Below are positions 1 to 12,200 of a DNA stretch of 51,141 bases, in pieces. The stretch's first letter is position 1, and the number at the start of each line of letters is the position of its first letter. Position numbers and translations under genes: made by a program. A model generated the notes under the pieces. The model saw only the letters and a program-made list of their open reading frames with translations. It ran no database searches and had not been told where the DNA came from. The stretch is taken from positions 1-51,141 of the forward strand of contig JAUCBJ010001079.1 in NCBI GenBank assembly GCA_032718475.1, in the 5' to 3' direction. This DNA comes from Nemertoderma westbladi. Lineage: Eukaryota; Animalia; Xenacoelomorpha.

Positions 1-41
1 TTGGCAGGTTAAACTGCTAAAGGTCTTCAAAAGCGCGAACA
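1..41. mobile_element. Terminus (...GCGCGAACA) of a second element 'B' inserted into the BEL/Pao gag
   Basis: Ends in ACA immediately before ATGAC (42-46). Its reverse complement TGTTCGCGCTTTTG resembles the sequence at 16667 (TGTAAAAGCTTTTG) and the start of the LTR at 7684 (TGTTCGCG). Confidence 0.55.
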
Positions 42-46
42 ATGAC

Positions 47-3000
47 GCATGGAAAACTCTAGATAAAAGATACGGAAATACCGGAACTATAATTAATAAA
101 ACTCTAGAGAGACTGAAACAGGACGCGGGATCACTAGAAGACCCACAGAACATCCAGGAATTCTCCGACTCTATGAAGGATGCCTACTATACTCTGAAAC
201 CCTTAAATAAGGAGGACCAGGTGAACAACATTCTAAACCTCCGACAGATCGCCCGGAAGTTCCCCGGATGGCTACAAAGTAAGTGGGCCTATAAATGCGT
301 AGATCTTCGGCGAAGACATCCAGATCGAGATCCTAGCTTCCTTGAAATGTCGGCATTCCTGGACAATATCTCCGAAGCCATGAATGACTCGATGTTTTCA
401 AAACAGAGTCTCGCCAAGTTGGACGGAATAGAGAGCAACTCCAGGAGTAAGATACCCCCTCCAAAACCAAGATTCCGCCCCCCACCGGTGAGTACGATGG
501 CCATCACCATGGCCGAGGATTCCGACGACGAAGACTACGAGGAACCGACATCCGCCGAGGAATGGGCATGTTATCTCGCGAATTGGGCACCCGAGAGGGA
601 AGGCATCACAAACTCCCTGCTCTGTCTCTATTGTGGAGAGAAACATAAAGTTGAATTCTGCAGGAAGTTCCAGTTTACCGAACTCGTCCCACGCTTCGAA
701 GCGATTATGAAACACCGAGGATGCTTCCGGTGTCTTGGTACAGGTCACTACATTCGGGAGTGCGACCAAAGGTCGTGTTTTGCGGTTTGTAACGACCTAC
801 GCCATCACACGCTCCTCCACATCCCCGCGGACTTCGACTTCACTACCCTCCCTTTTCGGATTGAAACAAAGCGAAGAGGAGAAACGAACCACGTTTCTAA
901 AGGATCCCGGACAACCCAACGGAGAGAAACCAACCCGTTTAAAACCTCCACCAACGCATCACAAGTGACAAATATCTCAGCCACGATCAACCTGATAAAT
1001 CGCCATTACATGGTCTTTGCCAAGGTAATCCCAGTAAGAATTCAGGGAGTCGGCAAATCCTTAACGACGCTCGCGTTCCTTGATAACGGGTCGGACGGAA
1101 CCATCATCAACCGGGATTTCCTCGAGCAACTCGGCCTAGACTATGAACCTTGCAAACGGCCCATACAAACTATCACCGACAACAGAGAGGTAGACTCTGG
1201 GGAGGTGCAACTCCAGATGGAAGGAGTAATGAAGGGCTACGAAACGGTTAAGTTGACCATCAAGAACGCCTTGGTACACACAGACCTCCGAGTGCGGTTC
1301 CGACAATCGGCCGAGTACGCCCCTCTCATACAGCTAGATCGAGACGACGTAGACCTAAGGTGCCCGCCATTGGATGTAAACCGCATCACTCTAATGATCG
1401 GACTTGATACACCGGAACTACACATCCCCACCGGAGATATCGCCCGATCTATAAAACAGGATGACGGATTTTATGCTGAACGAACAATAATGGGATGGAC
1501 ACTCTGCGGCATCAAGGAAGAGACTACCGACACCTATACATACCTTCCTAAATGTCAGATCAAAGAGAAGGCAACCTCCGTGGGTTGTTGTTCGGTGACC
1601 GACCTCCACTCTCCATCACAGCGACACACCACGTTTGCAGCGAACCGAGCCACGGAGATTAAACAGTGTACCGGCCGAGAACAGTGGCACCACGTGAATG
1701 GGAAAGAAAATCCAGCGGACTTATCAAGCCGAGGCGCCACCCCAAAACAACTCGGTAAAAGTAAACTCTGGCTTACAGGCCCGGAATTCCTACAGCAGCC
1801 ACAATTAACATGGAGTACCCGATTCGACCCCGAACTCGATAGCGGAAAATACTCCGAGGACGATAAAGAGATCCGTAAAGTCCATAGAAGCAACGCAGTG
1901 GAAATTTATAGTTGTCTGACTGAGCCTGCAAAGGACTCGGGCAGGCACTATAACGTCGCGACGATCACTCAACCAGCGGCGTCTTTACATCTGTTGATCG
2001 AGCGAACTTCATCAATGAGACGGCTCATCCACCACATTATAACCCTCCGCAACTTCCTACGGTGGAAAGACAACAAACCGATAGTTCAACGGAGTATACA
2101 AGAACTCATTATCGCAGAGAAGTGTATCGTTGGATATGTCCAGAGAGAAAGTTTCCCCGATGAGTGGGAACAACTTAGTGCGGGCAAAACCTTGAAACCG
2201 GACAGCCCAGTCTACCAGCTGAGACCAATGATGGGAGAGGACAGACTGATCCGACTAAATACCCGGATGGCAAACGCCCCGGTCGAATATGAGGTTAAAT
2301 ACCCGGCGCTTCTGCCCGGAACGTCAACACTAGCCAAGCTATTAATTCAACAATGTCACGAGGAAAACCATCATGCAGGACAGAACTGGATTATAGCTAA
2401 TATAAGACAATGATATTGGATCACCCACATCCAGCCACTGATCCGGAAAGTGTTGAAACGTTGCTTTACCTGCAGAAGATATCTAGCACCACCACTCACC
2501 CAAAAGATGGCCGACTTACCAGCCACCCGTCTACAAGCAGATTCCCCACCGTTCTACGTCACCGGAGTGGACTGCTTCGGACCGTTTACGGTCATCGAAC
2601 GGCGATCCAACATCAAATGCTGGGGAGCCATCTTCACCTGCCTTAGGTCTAGGGCAATCTACCTAGACATTGTGGTAAACCTGACGCAACACGCATTCAT
2701 CAACGCTCTGCGTCGGTTCGTGGCGAACAATGGGACATGTCGCCACATGTATTCCGATAATGGTACAAACTTTGTGGGAGGAGAACGAGAACTTAGAGAG
2801 GCGATCGAGGGATGGTTTACCGACAACACCGCATCCCAAGTCTGGAAGGAACACCAGATACAGTGGCGTTTCCAGACCCCCTTAGCACCCCATACGAGCG
2901 GGGTATGGGAGAAACTGATCAACTTAGTGAAACGGTCCATGCGCGTCGCTCTAGGAGACACCCGGGTAACCCATGACACCCTCCGCACAACATTCTGCGA

Positions 3001-3655
3001 GATCACGGCTACCCTGAACAACCGGCCCATTGTCCCTATCCGCGACGACCCCACAGACCTGGAGCCCCTCACTCCTAACCACCTACTGGGGAGACCCAAA
3101 ACCCATGTTCTCCCAGAGACCATGTTTCCGGATCCTAGCGATATCGCGAGACATACAAATTGGAAGAAGGCCCAAGCGTTGGCAGCGCATTGGTGGAGAA
3201 TCTGGGCCCAGGAGTACCTCATAACCCTCCGGACCAGGAGGAAGTGGAACAACACCTACAGGAATGTTGCAGTTGGCGACATGGTATTAGTAAAAGAAGA
3301 TCTCAAAGACCGCGTCCACTGGCCTGTGGCGCGAGTCGTGACCATACACACGAGCAAAGACGGACTTGCGAGGACTGTGACGATACGAACGGCAAAGGGC
3401 CACTACCAATGCCCTATCCAGAGGCTGTGCCTTCTTGAAGGCAATGACAGTGGTGATTCTACGAGAGGTGATAAGTTCCCTACTCAGGATCCTGCTGCGG
3501 ACATTGGTGACAATTATAAAAAGGGCCACTACCAACGCCCTATCCAGAGGCTGTGCCTTCTTGAAGGCAATGACAGTGGTGATTCTACGAGAGGTGATAT
3601 GTTCCCTACTACGGATCCTGCTGCAGACATTGGTGACAATGATAAACCCGTTTAA
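47..3655 (+). pseudogene. BEL/Pao gag-pol polyprotein (gag C-part, Cys/His knuckles, protease, RNase H remnant, integrase); one in-frame TGA at 2411-2413
   Basis: AWKTLDKRYG gag motif; CLYCGEKHKVEFC and CFRCLGTGHYIREC knuckles; AFLDNGSDGT protease; FAANR...WHHVNGKENPADLSSRG (Pao RNase H end); HHAG...CFTC zinc domain; GVDCFGP, SDNGTNF and GVWEKL integrase core. ORFs 173-2413 and 2450-3655 are in the same frame. Confidence 0.92.
3394..3645 (+). repeat. 126-bp in-frame tandem duplication at the integrase C-terminus
   Basis: KGHYQxPIQRLCLLEGNDSGDSTRGDxFPTxDPAADIGDN occurs twice (3394-3519 and 3520-3645). Confidence 0.9.
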
Positions 3656-3939
3656 ACCTTTCTCATCCTGTTGACAAACTTTAAACTGTGATTTACTGAC
3701 AATGAAAATGGACCCCCCTTTAAACAACTGTAACCACGCAATGGTATAATTGTTTACTCGTGTGTTATGTGGAGTCCAGCGTCACCCTGCAGATGTTTCG
3801 ACTGACGCAGGGTCGTTTATGTATTGTTTACCCTGATTTTGGTCATCGGGACCAACGATATTGGATTATTGGAAATGGTAAAGATTTGAAGTGGAATTCA
3901 TTGTATTCATTGCAGTATGTTATGTTGTCCGTTGCGTGC

Positions 3940-4350
3940 GCAGTTCGGGGCGTAGGCGGTGTAACGAGTCCAGCTGTAGATCCCGGATTGCCGCGTAACA
4001 CCCCCTCTATCCCGTTATTCTGGTGGGTCCATGGTACATCCACATGACTTCGACGATAGGGGGTTTTATGTTCTCAGTCGCGTTATTCTGGTGGGACCGT
4101 TACGTGGATTTTGGGGCGTAGGCGGTGTAATGAGTCCAGCTGTAGATCCCAGAATGTTGCGTAACCCCATCCCACATGACTTCGTCGGCTGAGCTTTACG
4201 TTGTTGGGAGTGTTATTCTGGTGGGTCCCTGGTGCATTCCACGTGACTTCACTCCCAGCGTCTTCATTGTCCGTTACGTGTGCAGTTTGGGGCGTAGGCA
4301 GTGTAATGAGTCCAGCTGTAGATCCCAGATTGCCGCGTAACACCCCTTCC
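3940..4350 (+). repeat. Three imperfect direct repeats in the non-coding spacer between pol and the accessory ORF
   Basis: GGGGCGTAGGCRGTGTAAYGAGTCCAGCTGTAGATCCC recurs near 3947, 4113 and 4290. Confidence 0.8.
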
Positions 4351-4904
4351 ACAACGAAAATTGACCAAAGAAGATGATTGAATGTAGTTGGAAATGATGA
4401 AAAGAAACAGACAACTCTACTATAAACCGAATGATGACGCGTATGATGATGAAAATGTAATGATGCGCACCCTGGTGCTGCGCTTATAACAAATGATGAT
4501 AGCCGGGGGGCTATAACCCCAATGATGATGTGGAAGTAAATGAAATGTGAAATAAATGAATAAATGGTGGAACTAAATGATGAAATATATGTGGAAATAA
4601 ATGAAATGTGAAATGAAATAATGAGAAATGAAAAAAGACGAAAAAAAAATGTATAAAATGTATTAATAAAGAATTGAAAAAAGAAGAGGACATAAAAGTC
4701 ATAAAACTGGTTGGATATAAATGTATAGCTATAGTAACTGTAAATGCTGAATGTATTAGCAATAAGATGATAGATGCCTATATAGCAATGTTATTTAATA
4801 AACTGAATTAAATAAAAAACTGAATTATTCTGCAATCACTATAGTTTCAGACTTTCTGGATTTATAATTAACTGATCTAATTTGCAACGGACATAATCGT
4901 AAAT

Positions 4905-7505
4905 ATGGACCCAAACCGCCAAATTATCGGCGAATTACGTAATACGATAGATATACTGGAATATCCGCAACCTGGATCACCTAACTTTGATACGAATTGG
5001 AACGCCCTGATAAATGAGAATGTGCGAGTCGTTAAATTCACCGGACGAGAGGGACCGGACTCCAAGAATCTGCGAGCCCTCCGGTTGGCCGATGCTAGTA
5101 CGAGACTGAAAAGAACTCGGAACGCAAAGGCCACCGGAGAGGACGAGATGTCGTACTGGGATACGTTCCGGCAAAGCGTCTACAAATCCCGATGTCTGAT
5201 ATACGACAACGAAGGAAACGCGACGCCCACCTCGAAAGCGATTACGTTGGCGAGATGTCAAAGTTTCGTCGACGACAAGAATACATACCTCGCCCACTGG
5301 GGAAACCTGTCGGAGTGTACGGCGACGCTACGAGAGGAACGTATATCGATCATCCAGAATCGCGACGACTACCAGGAAAAGTACGGGGCGAAAGAATACG
5401 GTCGATCCTTCGTCGTCGTCCTCGGAACCCTGGACGGTTTGGTATTGGTGTGTCGAATATTCCCGACACCCAGACAGGAAGTGCAGGCAGCCGGAGCGAT
5501 CAGGTTACTACCTCCGGAAGTCCAAAAGATCCTCTTCTACTTCGACGTCATTAAAATTGGGTCGGATATAAAAGCGGACGTCCGGAACGACTACGGGAAT
5601 GCTCCTTTAGGAAGAGACCGTCGAGATGACCTCAACACCCTTAGTCATTGCGTCGACACCCAAACGCTATTAGCCTGGTTACGATTCGCCGAGTTCATGC
5701 GAGGATTTCGAGAGGTGAGACCGACGAAATCCGGGATTGGCTACCTCGCCGTGCTAAACGGCGGCATCGACTTCAAACCTCAGAAATTCCAGGATTATAA
5801 TAAAATATATGATGGATACCCGGGATTAGAAATAAAGAGCGAGCGAGAGGGTCGATGGAAGGACGTTGAGAGAAAGTGGACGTTACACCAAAGGTGGGAG
5901 AATCCGGATCGACGGAGCTACATCTACGTTGTTATGGAATCATACACCGTCGCGAAGTTTATCTGTAAAACTCTCGATAACCTCATTACGGCGGTTCCTC
6001 TTTCCTTCGTCGACTACGACTGGAACGAGGTTATAAACCACGCGTTTAAAGCGGTCGAGAACATTACACCAGGAGAGACGAAAACGCTCACCGTTATCGA
6101 TTCCTGGGACGAGAACGGACCTTACGACATCCCCACGATTACCGATCTTCTCGAAGCGGAGGAGCCTCTGATTTCTTAGGAAGGGGAAGAACTATGGCTA
6201 CAGGAGGGCGTTCTATTATCCACCCCAAAGCGACAACTCGAGCCGGAAGCCGCGTACGGACCGGCCGCCAAACGGGTTGCCTCCGCCGAGCCTGCGACGG
6301 AAGCGGGTGCTTCCTTCCCACGCGGCTCCGGTAGCCTTGCGAGGGAGGTAGCTACTACCTCTGCATTGAGCGACTTAGGTGACATATGCCAAAGGTTATC
6401 CCCATATCCTTTCCCGGGTGGCGAAGACTGGTCTTCGGAGATTCCGAGTACCAGCAATCAACGGTCCCGCTCAGCGATACTGGTTGAAAAAGGTCCCAGC
6501 GCTGCGCCGACTCCCGACGATCTCCTCGGTATCCCTCCGTCGAAAACCCCGGCACCTCTTCGCCGACCAGCGGTGGCTACTACACCTTCCGTTCCTCAGG
6601 ATCCGATGCGATTAACCAGTTGGTACGCCGAGCAAACCGAATGGATCCACCACCAGAAACGGTCATCCGAGTTGAGACCGGCAGGACACAAAGAAGGTTA
6701 TCGGAGCGAGAACCTACTACGCAAAAGCCCAGCCTTTCGCGGGCTACCGGCCACTGCGAATATTCAGAAGAGCGATCGACAACTCGAGTACTACGTCGGC
6801 ATTCCGATTCCAATATTCCCCGGTCAAGAGATGCAGCTGGAGGTGTGCGGTAACTGCGGTTCGGAGCAGTGCCCACGTGGTAGTAGAAATCGGGTTACCG
6901 ATTCGTGTCTCCAGCTCATCGGGATACTTTATTGCCCATACTGTGCGACATCGGGCCACGACGTTTCCGTCTGTCCGATCCTATATAACCTCTGCACTAC
7001 GTGCGGGTTCCGTGGACATTCCGCTAGCCCCCGCTGCTATATCAAATGTCCTACTAAAGACGTTACCGCTATGGGAAATATGGTCATGTTTGAGACCTAC
7101 GCAAACAGCCACGTAAGGACCAAGGTTCGGAGAAACGCTCGGAATATTGCGCAGGAGATGGCGTGCGGGTATTTCTCCTTCCCGGAATGCCTCCACACGT
7201 CGGCCACGCTACCTTTCCATTACGTGGATCTGTTGCTGAGCGCCGGATTATTCGGCCCATTCAAAGTCATTAGACGCTTATACTCGTATAAAGAGGAGTT
7301 TGGTGACGGAGAGTGGTTCCTAGAGGTGCGCAACACCGAGTTGGAAAGACGAACCGATATGATCCCGATGCCATCGAAAGGAAGAGCCGCCAGGAGACAA
7401 GCCGAAGCGTTGCTCACGATGGATGTTGACGCTCCCCTTCCAGCTCTAGCGATCGATGAGAGTCGACGGGCGAAGAGGAGAAAGGCGTATCAGAGAAAGA
7501 AATAG
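4905..7505 (+). pseudogene. Accessory ORF of the retrotransposon (about 866 codons, one in-frame TAG at 6177-6179): DEDDy/WRN-type 3'-5' exonuclease-like domain, Pro-rich linker, Cys/His zinc fingers, basic NLS-like motifs
   Basis: ORFs 4905-6179 and 6366-7505 share a frame and the gap between them is open. LPPEVQKILFYFDVIKIGSDIKADV, CVDTQ, SGIGYLA and W...YIYVVMESY resemble WRN/EXD-family motifs. Also CPYCATSGHDVSVC, CTTCGFRGHSASPRC, PAAKRV and RRAKRRK. Confidence 0.65.
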
Positions 7506-7674
7506 TGGACCGGGATATTCCAGGAACATTTATTGAACATTTATTTTTATACACATATATATCTATAAACTCTAGGCCAAATTAATTAAGACTATGCAAT
7601 ATTAAATTTGGGTTTTTTATATTGGGAATGACCTACGCAAACTCAATCTACCGATAGACCTCACGAAGATCATT

Positions 7675-7683
7675 GGGGGGGAC
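7675..7683 (+). promoter_or_regulatory. Polypurine tract preceding the 3' LTR
   Basis: GGGGGGGAC directly before TGTT at 7684. Confidence 0.8.
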
Positions 7684-9208
7684 TGTTCGCGGTATTTCAA
7701 CTTTTCATAACGCAAGTTGAATATTTTTTGTATTTATTTAAAATGATTATTCCGATATCACTACTGGGTGCAGGACCATGGGTTTTGGGCACTTTCAATG
7801 AACTGGGGGCGATTTATGGGCGAATATTGGGGCAACTTAAAGGGTATGGGAATAATTTCATATTTATAAGGGCCAGGGGTGGGAGGCAAAGTTAAGCAGT
7901 ATTCAGGTTAGCCTGAGTACTATTAGGCCCTGGCCAACTTCCTGCTGCCTGTAGAGGTGGATTTGGTAACGCGCCAGGCCTAAAGGACAAGGACTGCCCT
8001 TAGCGGCCCCTGGCCAACAGCAGTTATTACGAGCCTGAAAAGGACATCGGAACGCCAGCTGCTTGCGCCAGGGATTCGCGACGGGAAACGACAGCCCCCT
8101 TAGCTAAGCCGTACTGGTTCTCGATGACCGATCCCTTCGGGGTTCGCGAGGGGTGGGACGGACATGCGAAAGGGTGGCCGACTAACAGAGGATGGGTTTG
8201 ACGAGGACTGCCCTTAGCGGTCTCTGGTCAACAGCAGTTATTACGAGCCTGAAAAGGACATCGGAACGCCGGCTGCTTGTACCAGGGATTTGCGATGGGA
8301 ACCGACGACAGACCCCTTAGCTAAGCCGTACTGGTTCTCGATGACCGATCCCATCAGGGTTCGTGAGGGGTGGGACGGACATGCGACGGGGTCGAAAGAC
8401 AAAGGACTGGACGCTACTGGCCTACTGACTGTTCGGAGCAGTTTCTCGGCTGCCGAAGCGACTATGAGCCTGAATAAGGACTCGGAAAGCCTAGGTGGTT
8501 GGGTCTCTGCGATGAACCGATGGACCCCTAGCCAAGCCGTACTGGTTCTCGATGATCGATCCCTTTGGGGATCGGGAGGGGTGGGACGGATACGCGAACG
8601 GGTCCACCGACATGACAGACTCCTAGCCAAGCCGTACTGGTTCTCGATGATCGATCCCTTCGGGGATCGGGAGGGGTGGGACGGATAAGCGACAGAGTCT
8701 ACCAACTGGACCGACCCTTAGCCAAGCCATGCTGGTTCTCGATGATCGATCCCTTCGGGGTTCGGGAGGGGTGGAACGGACACGCAACAGGGTCGACCGA
8801 CACCAACACTACGGCACTAAGACCAGGACTGGGGAACATTAGGTAGGCTAAAATCTGGGGAACATTGGGTAGGCTAAAATCTGAGCGAACAGTGGGTAAT
8901 TAAGTAATATACTGTAGGGATTTATATTGTCGTGTATAATTATTGTGAATATTTGGTGTATATTGATTTGGGGAAGCCCAATTAATTATCAAACAAGATT
9001 CAATGTTGTTGAACAGGATTCAACTGTAGGAAGTTACATTAAAGAGTATATCCAACCAATGCAATTTTTCCTCAACCGCAATCCTGCATTCAAGATATCA
9101 TTCCTTCTCCACAATCAATATCCGGTGACTGGCCGGGACTCTGTGGTCTGTAAAGACACGTCTCCAGCATCGGCGTTTTCCCCCCTGGTGTTTGGGATAA
9201 CGGCAACA
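7684..9208 (+). repeat. 3' LTR (1525 bp)
   Basis: TGTT...AACA termini; near-identical to 13247-14674; preceded by a PPT and followed by CTGTA. Confidence 0.95.
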
Positions 9209-12200
9209 CTGTATCTACCTGCCGTCTCTCACTTGCACTCTGATTTCGGTCAGCGGGCCAGGGAACCTGCTGTATCTACCTCCCGTCTCTCACTTGCACT
9301 CTGAGTTCGGCCAGCGGGCCAGGGAACCTGCTGTATCTACCTCCCGTCTCTCACTTACACTCTGAGTTCGGCCAGCGGACCAGGGAACCTGCTGTATCTA
9401 CCTCCCGTCTCTCACTAGCACTCTGAGTTCGGCCAGCGGGCCAGGGAACCTGCTGTATCTACCTCCTGTCTCTCACTAACACTCTGAGTTCGGCCAGCGG
9501 GCCAGGGAACCTGCTGTATCTACCTCCCGTCTCTCACTTGCACTCTGAGTTCGGCCAGCGGGCCAGGGAACCTGCTGTATCTACCTCCCGTCTCTCACTT
9601 GCACTCTGAGTTCGGCCAGCGGGCCAGGGAACCTGCTGTATCTACCTCCCGTCTCTCACTAACACTCTGAGTTCGGCCAGCGGGCCAGGGAACCTGCTTT
9701 ATCTACCTCCCGTCTCTCACTAACACTCTGAGTTCGGCCAGCGGGCCAGGGAACCTGCTGTATCTACCTCCCGTCTCTCACTAGCACTCTGAGTTCGGCC
9801 AGCGGGCCAGGGAACCTGCTGTATCTACCTCCCGTCTCTCACTTACACTCTGAGTTCGGTCAGCGGGCCAGGGAACCTGCTGTATCTACCTCCCGTCTCT
9901 CACTTACACTCTGAGTTCGGTCAGCGGGCCAGGGAACCTGCTGTATCTACCTCCCGTCTCTCACTTACACTCTGAGTTCGGCCAGCGGGCCAGGGAACCT
10001 GCTGTATCTACCTCCCGTCTCTCACTAACACTCTGAGTTCGGCCAGCGGGCCAGGGAACCTGCTGTATCTACCTCCCGTCTCTCACTTACACTCTGAGTT
10101 CGGCCAGCGGGCCAGGGAACCTGCTATATCTACCTCCCGTCTCTCACTAACACTCTGAGTTCGGCCAGCGGGCCAGGGAACCTGCTGTATCTACCTCCCG
10201 TCTCTCACTTACACTCTGGGTTCGGTCAGCGGGCCAGGGAACCTGCTGTATCTACCTCCCGTCTCTCACTTGCACTCTTGTGTTCGGCCAGCGGGCCAGG
10301 GAACCTGCTGTATCTACCTCCTGTCTCTCACTTACACTCTGAGTTCGGCCAGCGGGCCAGGGAACCTGCTGTATCTACCTCCCGTCTCTCACTAACACTC
10401 TGAGTTCGGCCAGCGGGCCAGGGAACCTGCTGTATCTACCTCCCGTCTCTCACTTACACTCTGAGTTCGGCCAGCGGGCCAGGGAACCTGCTGTATCTAC
10501 CTCCCGTCTCTCACTTACACTCTGAGTTCGGCCAGCGGACCAGGGAACCGGCTGTATCTACCTCCTGTATCTCACTTGCACTCTGAGTTCGGCCAGCGGG
10601 CCAGGGAACCTGCTGTATCTACCTCCCGTCTCTCACTAACCACTCTGAGTTCGGCCAGCGGGCCAGGGAACCTGCTATATCTACCTCCCGTCTCTCACTA
10701 ACACTCTGAGTTCGGCCAGCGGGCCAGGGAACCTGCTGTATCTACCTCCCGTCTCTCACTTACACTCTGAGTTCGGTCAGCGGGCCAGGGAACCTGCTGT
10801 ATCTACCTCCTGTCTCTCACTTACACTCTGAGTTCGGCCAGCGGGCCAGGGAACCTGCTGTATCTACCTCCCGTCTCTCACTAACACTCTGAGTTCGGCC
10901 AGCGGGCCAGGGAACCTGCTGTATCTACCTCCCGTCTCTCACTTACACTCTGGGTTCGGTCAGCGGGCCAGGGAACCTGCTGTATCTACCTCCCGTCTCT
11001 CACTAACACTCTTGTGTTCGGCCAGCGGGCCAGGGAACCTGCTGTATCTACCTCCTGTCTCTCACTTACACTCTGAGTTCGGCCAGCGGGCCAGGGAACC
11101 TGCTGTATCTACCTCCCGTCTCTCACTAACACTCTTGTGTTCGGCCAGCGGGCCAGGGAACCTGCTGTATCTACCTCCTGTCTCTCACTTACACTCTGAG
11201 TTCGGCCAGCGGGCCAGGGAACCTGCTGTATCTACCTCCTGTCTCTCACTTACACTCTGAGTTCGGCCAGCGGACCAGGGAACCTGCTGTATCTACCTCC
11301 TGTATCTCACTTGCACTCTGAGTTCGGCCAGCGGGCCAGGGAACCTGCTGTATCTACCTCCCGTCTCTCACTAACCACTCTGAGTTCGGCCAGCGGGCCA
11401 GGGAACCTGCTATATCTACCTGCCGTCTCTCACTAACACTCTGAGTTCGGCCAGCGGGCCAGGGAACCTGCTGTATCTACCTCCCGTCTCTCACTTACAC
11501 TCTGAGTTCGGTCAGCGGGCCAGGGAACCTGCTGTATCTACCTCCTGTCTCTCACTTACACTCTGAGTTCGGCCAGCGGGCCAGGGAACCTGCTGTATCT
11601 ACCTCCCTTCTCTCACTTGCACTCTGAGTTCGGCCAGCGGACCAGGGAACCTGCTGTATCTACCTCCTGTATCTCACTTGCACTCTGAGTTCGGCCAGCG
11701 GGCCAGGGAACCTGCTGTATCTACCTCCCGTCTCTCACTAACCACTCTGAGTTCGGCCAGCGGGCCAGGGAACCTGCTATATCTACCTCCCGTCTCTCAC
11801 TAACACTCTGAGTTCGGCCAGCGGGCCAGGGAACCTGCTGTATCTACCTCCCGTCTCTCACTTACACTCTGAGTTCGGTCAGCGGGCCAGGGAACCTGCT
11901 GTATCTACCTCCTGTCTCTCACTTACACTCTGAGTTCGGCCAGCGGGCCAGGGAACCTGCTGTATCTACCTCCCGTCTCTCACTTACACTCTGAGTTCAG
12001 CCAGCAGGCCAGGGAACCTGCAGTATCTACCTCCCGTCTCTCACTAACACTCTTGTGTTCGGTCAGCGGGCCAGGGAACCTGCTGTATCTACCTCCCGTC
12101 TCTCACTAACACTCTGAGTTCGGCCAGCGGGCCAGGGAACCTGCTGTATCTACCTCCCGTCTCTCACTTACACTCTGAGTTCGGCCAGCGGGCCAGGGAA

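Larger units (their letters stand above)
42..9208 (+). mobile_element. BEL/Pao LTR retrotransposon, 3' part (mid-gag to 3' LTR), RT-deleted
   Basis: Gag zinc knuckles, aspartic protease, RNase H C-terminus, integrase, polypurine tract and a TGTT...AACA LTR in BEL/Pao order. Confidence 0.93.

Noticed and set aside
8030-8500. Hammerhead ribozyme in the LTR repeats (CTGAAAAGG and CTGAATAAGG...GAAA)
   Set aside because: The core CUGANGA consensus is not met and the flanking stems could not be built by eye.
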